A stretch of 64,000 nucleotides of DNA from Dehalococcoidales bacterium. Lineage in GTDB: Bacteria > Chloroflexota > Dehalococcoidia > Dehalococcoidales > UBA2162. Every line of letters begins with the position of its first letter. Position 1 is the first letter of the stretch. Of the stretch, positions 17,133-26,663 are shown in pieces. A program made the position numbers and the translations under genes. The notes beneath the pieces were generated by a model. It did not search any database, had not been told where the DNA came from, and was given only the letters and a program-made list of their open reading frames with translations. Location of the stretch: the NCBI GenBank assembly GCA_034416335.1, contig DAOULV010000023.1, positions 768-64,767 on the forward strand, read 5' to 3'.

Positions 17133-18329
17133 CTAATATTTCGTACTCATCAGAACATGATAATGATTCGTTTCCGACAGGCAGCAGACATTCCCGAAGA
17201 CATTTCCCATAAGCCGGTCGTATCGAAGGAACTTACCGGCCACCACAACCAGTCTTCCGTCAGGTTCCAGAATCTCCCGGGCGTGAACGACGAGGGGACC
17301 GGCAATATCGAATCTCTCAAAACCTGTATGAAAAGGCGGGTTGGTCAGGATAATATCATATCGTTTTCCGTTCAAACCGCTGAGGAGGTCGCTTACGATT
17401 ACCTCCGCACCGGTGACATCATTCAAGATGATGTTTTCCCCGACAGACGCTGTCGACGGCAGGTCGACATCCGCAAGGTCGACGTGCCCCGCGCCTTTCC
17501 TGGCAGCGAGGAGACCGATAATTCCATATCCGCAGCCTAAATCAAGAACACTCGAACCCGGAGAGACATCCATTACCTCCAGAAGAAGCCTGGTCCCTTC
17601 ATCGATTTCATCGTATGAAAAGACACCGGGCAGGCTTCGTAAGAGGAAAGTTTCCCCGCAAACTTCGGCTTGGAACTGGCGCCACGTTCCCGGTAAGATA
17701 CCCGGTTCATCCGCCCAGCCGGTATCGCGTGGTATTGGGTCTTCCTTAGCAGCCACGCTTACCCGTCCGCCTCTTTTATAGGCAAGTGTCACGGAGTTCC
17801 CGAACAGCGATTTCATATCCGAAACCGCCGATTTGATTCCTTCCCTATTAGCCCCTGCAAGGTATAAACGACCGCCGTTTTTTAAAGCCGAGAATGATTC
17901 TACCAGCCATCTCCTTGTGAATTCTCTCCCTCGCGGCAATACCATAACGACAATATCGAAAGAATCGGCATATACCGGCAGCACGGAGAGGTCCGGATGA
18001 ATACGCGCATTGGATACGCCGTTTAACCTCAGGGTCCTTTCCGCCATCGCAAGTGCCACGGAGTTCGTATCCACCAGAAGAACGTCGGCGCCGGGAGCGG
18101 CGCGCGCCAGTGTCACACCAAGTGCGCCGTGACCGCAGCCCAGCAGAAGAATCCGTGAACCGGCGGATACTTCAACCGTATCCGCCAGCAAAGCCACAGC
18201 CGGTGTAACGGTATTCCAATATGAAATACCCGGCTTGGAGATAAAACGGACGTTCTGGTTACGCAGGGTTACGGTAAATTCTCTGGTTTCATAGTATTCA
18301 AGATATGAAGGTGCTTTATTCGACATCAC
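17133..18329 (-). CDS. RsmC/RlmG-like rRNA (guanine-N2) methyltransferase with two MTase lobes
   Basis: ORF track 398 aa. Motifs are LLLGCGHGALG, VLDLGCGYGIIGL and ILTNPPFH. Confidence 0.7.
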   Translation of the reverse strand: MMSNKAPSYLEYYETREFTVTLRNQNVRFISKPGISYWNTVTPAVALLADTVEVSAGSRILLLGCGHGALGVTLARAAPGADVLLVDTNSVALAMAERTLRLNGVSNARIHPDLSVLPVYADSFDIVVMVLPRGREFTRRWLVESFSALKNGGRLYLAGANREGIKSAVSDMKSLFGNSVTLAYKRGGRVSVAAKEDPIPRDTGWADEPGILPGTWRQFQAEVCGETFLLRSLPGVFSYDEIDEGTRLLLEVMDVSPGSSVLDLGCGYGIIGLLAARKGAGHVDLADVDLPSTASVGENIILNDVTGAEVIVSDLLSGLNGKRYDIILTNPPFHTGFERFDIAGPLVVHAREILEPDGRLVVVAGKFLRYDRLMGNVFGNVCCLSETNHYHVLMSTKY

Positions 18330-18470
18330 AAGTTTCCGGTACGTGGTGTAATTTCAGGAGGCGTGTCCTGGCTGAGAGTATAAACACTCTATTATTATAG
18401 GGTATATCCGCGAGCCGTCAATCATCCTCCTCGCGCCTGAAAGCAGCATGACCGTGTCTGAATGAAGTAA

Positions 18471-18507
18471 AAATAAGAGAGGCGGCTTTTACGCTACCTC
18501 TCTTTTA
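18471..18507 (-). terminator. hairpin terminator downstream of the HesB-like gene
   Basis: AGAGAGG (18476-18482) pairs with CCTCTCT (18497-18503), flanked by A/T runs on both sides. Confidence 0.4.
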
Positions 18508-18533
18508 TCCTTATCTGAGTCTATTAATAAAGT

Positions 18534-18818
18534 CTAACAGTTACCGTTCCCGCCTCTGAGTACGAAGCCTTCGGCGTCCGATCGTTTTACATAATCTATC
18601 ACCGTCCCCTTTACGTAAGGCTGTATTGGTTCGGTGACAAGTACGTCGATACCGTTAACCTTTACCGGTAGTTCATCCTTATCCGGCTCATCCAGAGCCA
18701 TCCCGATACTGGGACATCCTCATCCGATCCCCTGTATAAACAGCCTGAGGTGTTTCCCGGCGTTCTGATCAAGTATTTCCTGGATTTTATCCCTGGCCAC
18801 ATCAGTTATTTTTACCAT
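18534..18818 (-). CDS. HesB/IscA-like selenoprotein (in-frame UGA = Sec, codon 33)
   Basis: Not in the ORF track. GGAGGG SD, ATG 18818, TGA 18720-18722, TAG 18534-18536. Translation: MVKITDVARDKIQEILDQNAGKHLRLFIQGIG-U-GCPSIGMALDEPDKDELPVKVNGIDVLV...GNGNC. A GUCCC-AGUAUC-GGGAU hairpin lies just after the UGA. Confidence 0.65.
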
Positions 18819-18883
18819 CCTCACAAACTCCCTCCAGTTTATAGGTATATTGTACAGTTGCCGGAATAAGGGTGTATGTGACG

Positions 18884-19636
18884 TTAGTCGCCGCCGCGGA
18901 ATTTCCTGAGAGCCGATTCCGCTCCGTGTTTAAGGAATGCATCCGAATCATCTACGGTGTTAAGTGTAAAACCTTTTTCCTTCGCCCACTGTATGTTATC
19001 CGACAAAGCAAATATACCCGCAGGTTTCCCGGCTTTATCGGCAGCATCAAGGACCGTATCGAATGCCGCCAGGTATTCCGGATTATCCCAGTTCGGAGGG
19101 ATGTTTCCGTAGCTGAGACAGAGATCGTTCGGCCCTATATAGCAGGCATCGATTCCATCGACGGCCAGAATTTCATCGATGTTCTTTACCGCATCTTTCG
19201 TTTCAATCTGGACAATAACCATTATTTCATTATCTGCCGTTTGCATATAATCGGGATCCAGCATTTTCGCTCTTCTCGGGCCGTAGCCCCTCAGCCCGGC
19301 GGGTGGATATCTGCAGGCACGCACTGCGTACTCGGCTTCTTCCCTGTTATTCACCCACGGGACCAGAATACCGTGCGCGCCGATGTCCAGGATACGCTTG
19401 ATAACAACCATATCATTCCACTGGGGACGGACTATCGGAGTGCAGTCAGTGCCGTTCATCGCCTGCATCATCACCGTCATCGTTTCCAGACCGGTAACCG
19501 CATGTTCGCCGTCAATAAGCAGCCAGTCGAAGCCGATACGCGACAGCATCTCCGTTACATCGGGATGGGGCAGGGTAACGAAAGTCCCGATTACCTCATC
19601 ACCTCGCTTGAGTTTTTCCTTAAGTACGTTTTTCAC
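18884..19636 (-). CDS. HpcH/HpaI-family aldolase
   Basis: ORF track 250 aa. LLIDGEHA and the overall pattern are typical of 2-keto-3-deoxy-acid aldolases. Confidence 0.8.
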   Translation of the reverse strand: MKNVLKEKLKRGDEVIGTFVTLPHPDVTEMLSRIGFDWLLIDGEHAVTGLETMTVMMQAMNGTDCTPIVRPQWNDMVVIKRILDIGAHGILVPWVNNREEAEYAVRACRYPPAGLRGYGPRRAKMLDPDYMQTADNEIMVIVQIETKDAVKNIDEILAVDGIDACYIGPNDLCLSYGNIPPNWDNPEYLAAFDTVLDAADKAGKPAGIFALSDNIQWAKEKGFTLNTVDDSDAFLKHGAESALRKFRGGD

Positions 19637-19795
19637 TTAATCGCTCCTGATATCTATTGCTTGAGACAGTATTTTACTTTGAACAAGTTACTCTCATCAG
19701 TATATAGAGAAGCGTCACTCAAATCAAAGAGCATCTTTAATGGTGAGTAGGTTATAATAAATACTATTACATTTAGTGAAAGGGGTTGGTATTTA

Positions 19796-20728
19796 GTGGA
19801 TAAAACTACTCTTGGCAGAACAGGATTGACGGTGACCAAAATGGGTCTGGGCTGCGGTGGTCCGAGCCGCGTCGGAAAAGGAACCGGAAAGGAAGAAGCC
19901 GAATCGATTAAGGTTGTCAGGACGGCCTGCGAAGCCGGAATCAACATAATCGATACCGCTGAAATCTACGGAACGGAGGAAATCGTGGGAAAAGCTGTCA
20001 GCGGTCTGGACCGCTCTTCACTGGTCCTCTGCACCAAGAAGACGCCGACTGAAGGTCTTACCGGGGAACAGGTAAGGGAAAGCCTCGAAAACAGCCTGAG
20101 ACGTCTTGGCACCGATTACGTTGACGTTTATTATCTCCATGGAGTAAGGCTGAACCAGTATGAATATCTTTACAGTGAAATAGTACCTGTCCTCGAAGAA
20201 CTCCGCGGAGAGGGAAAACTGCGCTTTATCGGAATCTCAGAAATGTTTAATGCTGATACCCGTCATGAGATGCTGCAGCGTGCCCTGAAGGATGACGTCT
20301 GGGACGTAATGATGGTAGGGTTCAATATCCTCAACCAGTGTGCCCGTGAATATGTATTCCCGGAAGCGAAGAGGAAGAATATCGGCATCACGATAATGTT
20401 CGCCGTCCGCCTGGCACTGAGCAGACCGGAGCGCCTGAAAGAGGTTATGACTGAACTCATCGAGAAAAAGCAGGTAGACCCTTCGGAGTTCGATGTTAAT
20501 GACCCGCTTGGTTTTCTTGTCCACGAGGGAGGCGCGGTGAGTATTCCGGACGCCGCCTACCGTTTCTGCCATTATGAAGAAGGGCCCGACGTAATACTTT
20601 CAGGAACAGGTAATCCGGCCCATCTGGTGGCAAATTTGGAGTCGTTCAATCGCCCACCGTTCCCCGAAGAAGATGCCGAGAAACTCAGGTATATATTCAG
20701 GAAAGTGGATTCCGTTACCAGCCAGTAG
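19796..20728 (+). CDS. aldo/keto reductase
   Basis: ORF track 310 aa with a GTG start. LGRTGLTVTKMGLGC...IDTAEIYG...YVDVYYLHG. Confidence 0.8.
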   Translation: MDKTTLGRTGLTVTKMGLGCGGPSRVGKGTGKEEAESIKVVRTACEAGINIIDTAEIYGTEEIVGKAVSGLDRSSLVLCTKKTPTEGLTGEQVRESLENSLRRLGTDYVDVYYLHGVRLNQYEYLYSEIVPVLEELRGEGKLRFIGISEMFNADTRHEMLQRALKDDVWDVMMVGFNILNQCAREYVFPEAKRKNIGITIMFAVRLALSRPERLKEVMTELIEKKQVDPSEFDVNDPLGFLVHEGGAVSIPDAAYRFCHYEEGPDVILSGTGNPAHLVANLESFNRPPFPEEDAEKLRYIFRKVDSVTSQ

Positions 20729-20752
20729 CAACATTTTGCAGCAGAGTCAGAT

Positions 20753-22102
20753 ATGAAAACGATACGCGAAGAAGCCAGAGAAATAAAGGTTTTCAGCGAG
20801 ACCGAGGTCGTAGTTGTCGGTGGTGGTCCCGCCGGCATTGCCGCGGCGGTAGCTTCGGCACGGACCGGTGCCAGGACTACTCTCGTCGAGAGATACGGCC
20901 ATCTTGGCGGTATGTCCACCGGCGGCCTGGTTATCCTTATTCCGTTTATGAGCAGCGGGACAAGCGAAAGACAGATAGCCGGAATTTGCCAGGAAATAAT
21001 CGACCGGCTGGACGCCATCGGCGGTGCGGTACACCCCGCTGACGAAGAAGTGGGAGCGACCGACGAAAAAACCCTCCGGTACTGGAGAAGGCGGGGCACC
21101 TTTTCGATGGCACCGGGCGATTCGGTCAGGTACGGCGCCCTGGTAGATCCGGAGAAACTCAAGCGCGTTCTGAATGATATGGTCGAGGAAGCCGGTGTAA
21201 AGCTGCTGCTTCATTCGTGGGGAAGCAGAGCCGTGGTGGAAGATGAAGCTGTAAAAGGCGTTATCTTCGAAAGTAAATCGGGACGGCAGACGGTACTGGC
21301 ACGGGTCACGATAGATACTACTGGCGACGGCGATATTTTCGCTTCCGCCGGAGCGGAATTCGACGGCACTATCGACCGCAGCCTGAGGTCCTCGAACCTT
21401 GCCCTGGTATGGCGTATAGCCAACGTGGACAGCGAGAGATATCTGGACTTCCAGGAGCAGGAACGGGAAAAACACAGCGCATTAATGAAAGAGTTGACCG
21501 CAAAAGGCGGTTTTAATACCTACTGGAGAAGCGCTCACGACGATATTCTGTGGTGCAACAACTGGTTTTCGGACCTGAGTGCTATCGACGTGGAAGACCT
21601 GACGTACGTCGAAATCAGCGCCCGTAAAGCGATGCTGACATCGCACAAATTCCTCAGGGAACGGGTGCCCGGTTTCGAGAACAGCTTTATCATGGACACG
21701 GCTTCACAGACGGGGACGCGCGGGAGCCGCCGGCTTATCGGCGAATACATCGTCTCCTGGGATGACGTAATCTCGGGGACGGTTCATCCTGACTCGATAG
21801 CCCTGCTGCCGCACCTGCATCACAACCCTGAAAAAGGCTATCCTCTGGTAACGATGCCTTATCGGGCGCTGGTGCCGCGGAAAATCGAGAACCTGCTGGC
21901 AGCCGGACGGTGCTTCTCGTCGGATCCCGCAGCCAACAACGTGCTTAACTGGATCCAGCAGTGTATTCCTATGGGACAGGCGGCAGGTACCGCCGCCGCC
22001 CTGGCGGCCAAATCCGGAGTCACTCCCGGGAAGGTAGATGTACCGACCTTACAGGCAAACCTTAAAAAGCAGGGGGTAATTTTACCGGAAGGGATTTATT
22101 AG
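20753..22102 (+). CDS. FAD-dependent oxidoreductase
   Basis: ORF track 449 aa. The dinucleotide-binding motif is VVVVGGGPAGIAAAVASARTGARTTLVE. Confidence 0.75.
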   Translation: MKTIREEAREIKVFSETEVVVVGGGPAGIAAAVASARTGARTTLVERYGHLGGMSTGGLVILIPFMSSGTSERQIAGICQEIIDRLDAIGGAVHPADEEVGATDEKTLRYWRRRGTFSMAPGDSVRYGALVDPEKLKRVLNDMVEEAGVKLLLHSWGSRAVVEDEAVKGVIFESKSGRQTVLARVTIDTTGDGDIFASAGAEFDGTIDRSLRSSNLALVWRIANVDSERYLDFQEQEREKHSALMKELTAKGGFNTYWRSAHDDILWCNNWFSDLSAIDVEDLTYVEISARKAMLTSHKFLRERVPGFENSFIMDTASQTGTRGSRRLIGEYIVSWDDVISGTVHPDSIALLPHLHHNPEKGYPLVTMPYRALVPRKIENLLAAGRCFSSDPAANNVLNWIQQCIPMGQAAGTAAALAAKSGVTPGKVDVPTLQANLKKQGVILPEGIY

Positions 22103-22149
22103 CTTTCTGGATTGTTTGAAAGAAAGCTGATTCTTACTTGCTTTTCCTT

Positions 22150-22521
22150 TCAAACAATCTTACTACCCTGTTCCCGAAGGTATTTTTCGACGAACGAATT
22201 CAATGTGCCGTCAGGATAAATGACCCGGTTACTCATGAGAGGCTTAATCTTACTCTCCAGAGCTGCCACAGAGAGAGAAGTTCCGACTTTCTCCTTAAGG
22301 TCTTTTAAATCATACTCGGTATTTTCCCATAACCATACCCAGGACTCGACCTCTGATTCACCAGGAGTACCTTTGAGTCTCTTTACAGGCTTAGTATCCA
22401 GACTTGTCCAAGCAATCGATATCTTTATCAGGTCTGGCTCATCTTTGAGAAATAAAACGATTTCCGGCTTCTCATTCTGTTTGAACCAGTTCAGTTTCTC
22501 AGTGTATAAATCTTCAGTCAT
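22150..22521 (-). CDS. conserved small protein of unknown function (paralogue of 12584..12985)
   Basis: ORF track 22150..22533. ATG 22521 is chosen by homology. An alternative GTG 22533 abuts the rSAM stop. Confidence 0.55.
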   Translation of the reverse strand: MTEDLYTEKLNWFKQNEKPEIVLFLKDEPDLIKISIAWTSLDTKPVKRLKGTPGESEVESWVWLWENTEYDLKDLKEKVGTSLSVAALESKIKPLMSNRVIYPDGTLNSFVEKYLREQGSKIV

Positions 22522-22533
22522 TTCCTGATACAC

Positions 22534-23757
22534 TTATAATACGCAATTACATAGACCCAGGTTTTTCTCAATTCCCAATTTTGACCATAGCTGATGTTCC
22601 TCCAGACAGAGTGCAACCTCAAGGTCAGGACATATTTTTCGTGCCGCCTGGATAATAGTGGAGTATATCCTTTCTCTCAATTCTGGAGAATATCGGGCTC
22701 TACCATCCCCCGATTTTCTCAAAGTATTGTTAATATGATCCGATATGGAGTTATGCAAGCCTAACTTATGCTCCATAAGTTTACGCGCACCTTGATAAAT
22801 ACATATACCACCAAGAGTAAGTCGCTGAACGGGAATCTCTTTTAGGAGTCGAACCGTAAATGCAGTATATTTTTCTTCCCATCCATCAACAGGAATAACA
22901 GGCATCATAACTACACGGACCGGGTAACCGGCAGAAGCCACACTACGCATGGCTTCAAGGCGTTCCTCTATTCCAGGAACATTCTCTTCGTACATTTCAC
23001 ATACTTCGGGTGGGTTAACACTCCAGGACAGAATCGTGTTCCCATGGTGTTTAGTATCCAATAATCTATTAACGTTGGTACTTTTAGTTAAGAGTATCAA
23101 TCGAGCCTGGGGATGTTCCGCAAAAAAAGGAACCAAGATACTTGAATAAGCCGTCAGGGAATCAAGAGCTAAAGGGTCTTGGAGCTTGCCGATATAAAAT
23201 GGAGTGGGTTTTCCTATATTACAAGCGGTATTGTTTATTGTATTAATCATCTCTGGAAGGTTTACGTATATCTTAACTGTAGGAGAAAATCTGACGCCCT
23301 GAGTCCCAGCGAGGTAACAGTATTTGCAACCGAACGGGCAAAAACCATACGGAGAAAAATGCCAGTAGTTCGGGCAGGTATTCCCTTCTTCCCGGCTAAA
23401 CCGGACGGCGCTCTTAAGTTCTCCGAAAACAAGTGTCTTTTTACCTGCCTGATGTAAAGCAAGAGTTTCTCTCTCATCCAGAATTATCCGGTTATGAGGG
23501 GTGTCAGGACATTTTACTGTTTCAGTTCCTGGATAAAGGCTGCATATGCGTTCTACAAATCTGTGGCGTTCCGGTGTAGAGACGCTTCCCCTGGCCAGAA
23601 AAATCCTAGATATTTCCAGGTGTTCAGGACGAGTCGGCTGATAATCAATCGGTAGACCGATTCTTTGTTGCGTATTATCAAACAAACCAAGTTGTCTAGA
23701 TTTTCCACCCATCCGTTTCCTCATTATTAACTGGTAATATGAATCGCTTTCTTTCAA
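22534..23757 (-). CDS. radical SAM protein, spore-photoproduct-lyase (SPL)-like family
   Basis: ORF track 407 aa. Motifs are FCPFGCKYCYLAG (CxxxCxxC), LILLTKS and ILSWSVNPPEV...AGYPVRVVMMPVIP. Confidence 0.75.
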   Translation of the reverse strand: MKESDSYYQLIMRKRMGGKSRQLGLFDNTQQRIGLPIDYQPTRPEHLEISRIFLARGSVSTPERHRFVERICSLYPGTETVKCPDTPHNRIILDERETLALHQAGKKTLVFGELKSAVRFSREEGNTCPNYWHFSPYGFCPFGCKYCYLAGTQGVRFSPTVKIYVNLPEMINTINNTACNIGKPTPFYIGKLQDPLALDSLTAYSSILVPFFAEHPQARLILLTKSTNVNRLLDTKHHGNTILSWSVNPPEVCEMYEENVPGIEERLEAMRSVASAGYPVRVVMMPVIPVDGWEEKYTAFTVRLLKEIPVQRLTLGGICIYQGARKLMEHKLGLHNSISDHINNTLRKSGDGRARYSPELRERIYSTIIQAARKICPDLEVALCLEEHQLWSKLGIEKNLGLCNCVL

Positions 23758-23838
23758 CGAATTTTATATCCACCACAGGTAACCGCCTTATAGGAACAGT
23801 TTACTCTCACTGAAATTTAATGGTATTACATTTATATA

Positions 23839-23852
23839 CGAACATATGTACT
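23839..23852. promoter_or_regulatory. LexA/SOS-box-like palindrome (imperfect)
   Basis: CGAACATATGTACT has a GAAC-N4-GTAC core with one core mismatch. It lies 82 nt upstream of the rSAM ATG 23757, next to a TATATAAAT -10-like element on the minus strand. Confidence 0.3.
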
Positions 23853-23897
23853 ACTTACTGATTTTATCATCAGAACGCTAGAGGAGCAAGACTATTG

Positions 23898-23906
23898 TGC
23901 TATAAT
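23898..23906 (+). promoter_or_regulatory. extended -10 element upstream of aor
   Basis: TGcTATAAT lies 65 nt upstream of ATG 23971. No good -35 was seen. Confidence 0.35.
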
Positions 23907-23970
23907 AGTGCCGGTTTTATCAGGACTACCACAATGAAGGAATTACATCCAGTGCCGAAAGGAGAGAACA

Positions 23971-25788
23971 ATGCCGAACGGATATATGGGGAAATTGCTA
24001 TTCGTTAACCTTTCTACCGGTGAAATCGACGAAGAAACGCCGGATGAAAGTTTGTATCGCGACTTCATAGGCGGTTACGGAATCGGTGCCAGGGTATTGT
24101 ACAGCCGCCAGAAGGGCGGAGTCGACCCGCTCGGACCCGATAATACGCTGGGATTTATCACCGGTCCCCTCACCGGTACCCGGGCAACCTTTGCCGGAAG
24201 ATACTGCGTGGTAACCAAATCACCGTTAACCGGTGGCTGGGGAGACTCGAATTCCGGCGGGCATTTCGGTCCCAATATCAAATTCGCCGGCTATGATGCC
24301 GTTTTTATAAACGGAATTTCGGAAAAGCCTGTCTACCTGCTGCTGGATGACGGTAAAGTCGAGATAAAGGACGCCGGTCACCTGTGGGGAAAAGATACGT
24401 TCGCTGTCGAAGACACACTAAAGGAAGAGTATGGAAACGACCTGGAGAGTGTCAGCATCGGTCCTTCGGGCGAAAAGCTGTCGCTCATTTCCTGCATTAT
24501 CACCCGCAGAGGAGCCGCCGCGGGACGTTCCGGGGTAGGTGCGGTTATGGGATCGAAGAACCTCAAGGCAGTGGCGGCACGGGGAAAGATGGAGGTCCCG
24601 GTAAGGGACGCCGAACTGCTGAAAAAACTGAGAGACGAACACCTGGCGGCAATGCGGGGCGGTACCGGGACAAATGAGACAATCGAAGGATTTCACAAAT
24701 ACGGCACATCCAGTGTCGCCGCCTTCTTCGCCCATGGCGGTAATTCGCCCGTAAAAAACTGGGGAGGTATCGGTATCAACGAATTGCCCGATGTATCGGG
24801 GCTTACCGGTGACGCGGCAACTGCCAACATAGAAAGGCGAACCGGCTGCTGGGGATGTCCGGTCGCCTGTGAAGGCAGGCTGAAAGAGGGAGAAGGCGAA
24901 TACAGGTACCCCGCCGGAACACGCCGGGTTGAATACGAGACCCAGGCGGCTTTCGGCACGATGTGCCTGAATACCAATACCGAGTCTATTAATATGGCCA
25001 ACCACCTGTGCAACTACTACGGCATCGATACGATTTCCGCCGGCAGTACTATTGCCTTTGCCATGGAGTGCTACGAGAAAGGTATTATTACAAAAGCGGA
25101 CACCGGGGGTATAGAACTCACCTGGGGAAACCACCGGGCAATTATAGAAATGCTGGAGAAAATGGCAAAGAGAGAGGGATTCGGCGACATCCTTGCCGAC
25201 GGTGTTAAAACTGCCGCGGAGAAAATCGGCAAAGGCTCCGAAGAATTCGCCATACACGTCGGCGGACAGGAACCCGGTATGCACGACCCCAAAGTCCCCG
25301 CCGGCCCCGAAAGCACCTCCGGAGCACGTTACCAGATGGACGCTACCCCCGGAAGGCATACCCAGATGAATTTCGGTCCCGCCAGCTTCGGCCATCACCT
25401 GTCTAATGCCAGCGGTTTCTGTATTTTCAGCGACCTCGTAGGAGGAAACGCGGCAGGCTATATTACCGGCTTTATGCGTGCCATAACCGACTGGGACCGC
25501 ACCGAAGAAGAACTGTTAAAGTGCGGTGAGAGAATTGTAAATATGCGTCATGCCTTCAACCTGCGTGAAGGGATAAATCCCCTGCTGGACTATAAGTTAC
25601 CTCCCAGGATGACGGGCAACCCGCCGTTCAAGGACGGTCCGCTTGCCGGCGTAACGGTTGATATCGACGAACAGATAAAAGGGAACCTGAAAGAGCTTGA
25701 CTGGGACCTGAAAACGACCAGACCCAGCCGGGAAAAACTGCTCGAACTGGGCTTAAACGACGTAGCGAATGAACTGTGGCCGGAGTAG
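23971..25788 (+). CDS. aor: aldehyde:ferredoxin oxidoreductase (tungsten/molybdopterin AOR family)
   Basis: ORF track 605 aa. The N-terminus GKLLFVNLSTGEIDEE...YGIGARVLY is typical, and the length fits the AOR family. Confidence 0.85.
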   Translation: MPNGYMGKLLFVNLSTGEIDEETPDESLYRDFIGGYGIGARVLYSRQKGGVDPLGPDNTLGFITGPLTGTRATFAGRYCVVTKSPLTGGWGDSNSGGHFGPNIKFAGYDAVFINGISEKPVYLLLDDGKVEIKDAGHLWGKDTFAVEDTLKEEYGNDLESVSIGPSGEKLSLISCIITRRGAAAGRSGVGAVMGSKNLKAVAARGKMEVPVRDAELLKKLRDEHLAAMRGGTGTNETIEGFHKYGTSSVAAFFAHGGNSPVKNWGGIGINELPDVSGLTGDAATANIERRTGCWGCPVACEGRLKEGEGEYRYPAGTRRVEYETQAAFGTMCLNTNTESINMANHLCNYYGIDTISAGSTIAFAMECYEKGIITKADTGGIELTWGNHRAIIEMLEKMAKREGFGDILADGVKTAAEKIGKGSEEFAIHVGGQEPGMHDPKVPAGPESTSGARYQMDATPGRHTQMNFGPASFGHHLSNASGFCIFSDLVGGNAAGYITGFMRAITDWDRTEEELLKCGERIVNMRHAFNLREGINPLLDYKLPPRMTGNPPFKDGPLAGVTVDIDEQIKGNLKELDWDLKTTRPSREKLLELGLNDVANELWPE

Positions 25789-25827
25789 CTAAATTCTGAG
25801 AAAGCAGATGATATTACCGCATATCAG

Positions 25828-25991
25828 CCCAGTGCCAATAACGCTTGATTTTTCGGAATAGCATACTTTTGTTTCCTCTCCCTTGAGGGGAGAGGATTAA
25901 AGCCACCCTCATCCTGACCTTCCCCCGTCAAGGGGGAAGAGACCAGTTGTAGAACTGGCTTCAGACAGTTATTAATGTTACAACGTACTAG
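25828..25991 (+). mobile_element. MITE-like element, family 1, copy A (middle arm deleted)
   Basis: It shares ...cgcttgatttttcgg...cctctcccttgaggggagagg...ccttcccccgtcaagggggaag...cttcagacagttattaatgttacaacgtactag with copies at 26971, 39172, 51337 and 53777. Confidence 0.65.
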
Positions 25992-26521
25992 TAGTGAATC
26001 AGGGCATTTACCGGGACGTCGAGCTTACTCTGTCCGTTCAGCGGGTCTAACTGAACCAGGAATTGTGCTGCGGTAACCTCCCCGCCGAGTTCCCTGATAA
26101 GTTCTATCGATGCCTTGGCGGTACCTCCGGTAGCAAGAACATCGTCAACCAGGAGGACTTTCTGGCCCGATAATACTGCGTCGTGGTGAAGTTCGATTTC
26201 CACAAGACCGTATTCCAGTTCTGCCTGGGTCTTGAGTGTTTTACGCGGCAGCTTGCCTGCTTTCCTGATGGGCACGAAACCGGCGCCGAGTTCGACTGCA
26301 ATTGCCGGACCGAATAAAAATCCACGGGCTTCAAGGGCGACGACAACTTCGATGTCCTTATTCCGGTAGGGGAGTGTCATCATATCTATCGCATTTTTAA
26401 GCATTTCCGGATGCTGCAGCAGCGGAGTAATATCGCGGAAAATCACTCCCTTTTCAGGATAGTCCGGAATATCTGCAATGTATTTTTTCAGCTCTTCACT
26501 CTTACTGTATTCTTCCGACAT
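25988..26521 (-). CDS. apt: adenine phosphoribosyltransferase
   Basis: ORF track 177 aa. The PRPP motif is VLLVDDVLATGGTA. Confidence 0.85.
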   Translation of the reverse strand: MSEEYSKSEELKKYIADIPDYPEKGVIFRDITPLLQHPEMLKNAIDMMTLPYRNKDIEVVVALEARGFLFGPAIAVELGAGFVPIRKAGKLPRKTLKTQAELEYGLVEIELHHDAVLSGQKVLLVDDVLATGGTAKASIELIRELGGEVTAAQFLVQLDPLNGQSKLDVPVNALIHY

Positions 26522-26663
26522 TTCATTACCTCTATCCGTAGATTGATCATTCCTGGTACAGGATTTCAGGATATATCAAAGCTATTATATATCAGCCCCG
26601 TCAACCGTACAATCGAAACAACTGAATGCACTCCGGGTATTCCCTTCAATCACTTAAAAAGCT

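Noticed and set aside
24418-25398. Long antisense ORFs inside well-supported genes (24418..25398 in aor; 54112..55026 and 55922..56536 in purL; 18872..19750 opposite the aldolase; 20572..21475 opposite the FAD oxidoreductase; 30878..31516 and 36750..37316 opposite the SBPs; 42249..42887; 49031..49531; 17100..17781)
   Set aside because: These are shadow ORFs typical of GC-richer coding DNA. They show low-complexity Arg/Pro/Ser/Gly-rich translations, no SD, and a recognisable conserved protein on the opposite strand.
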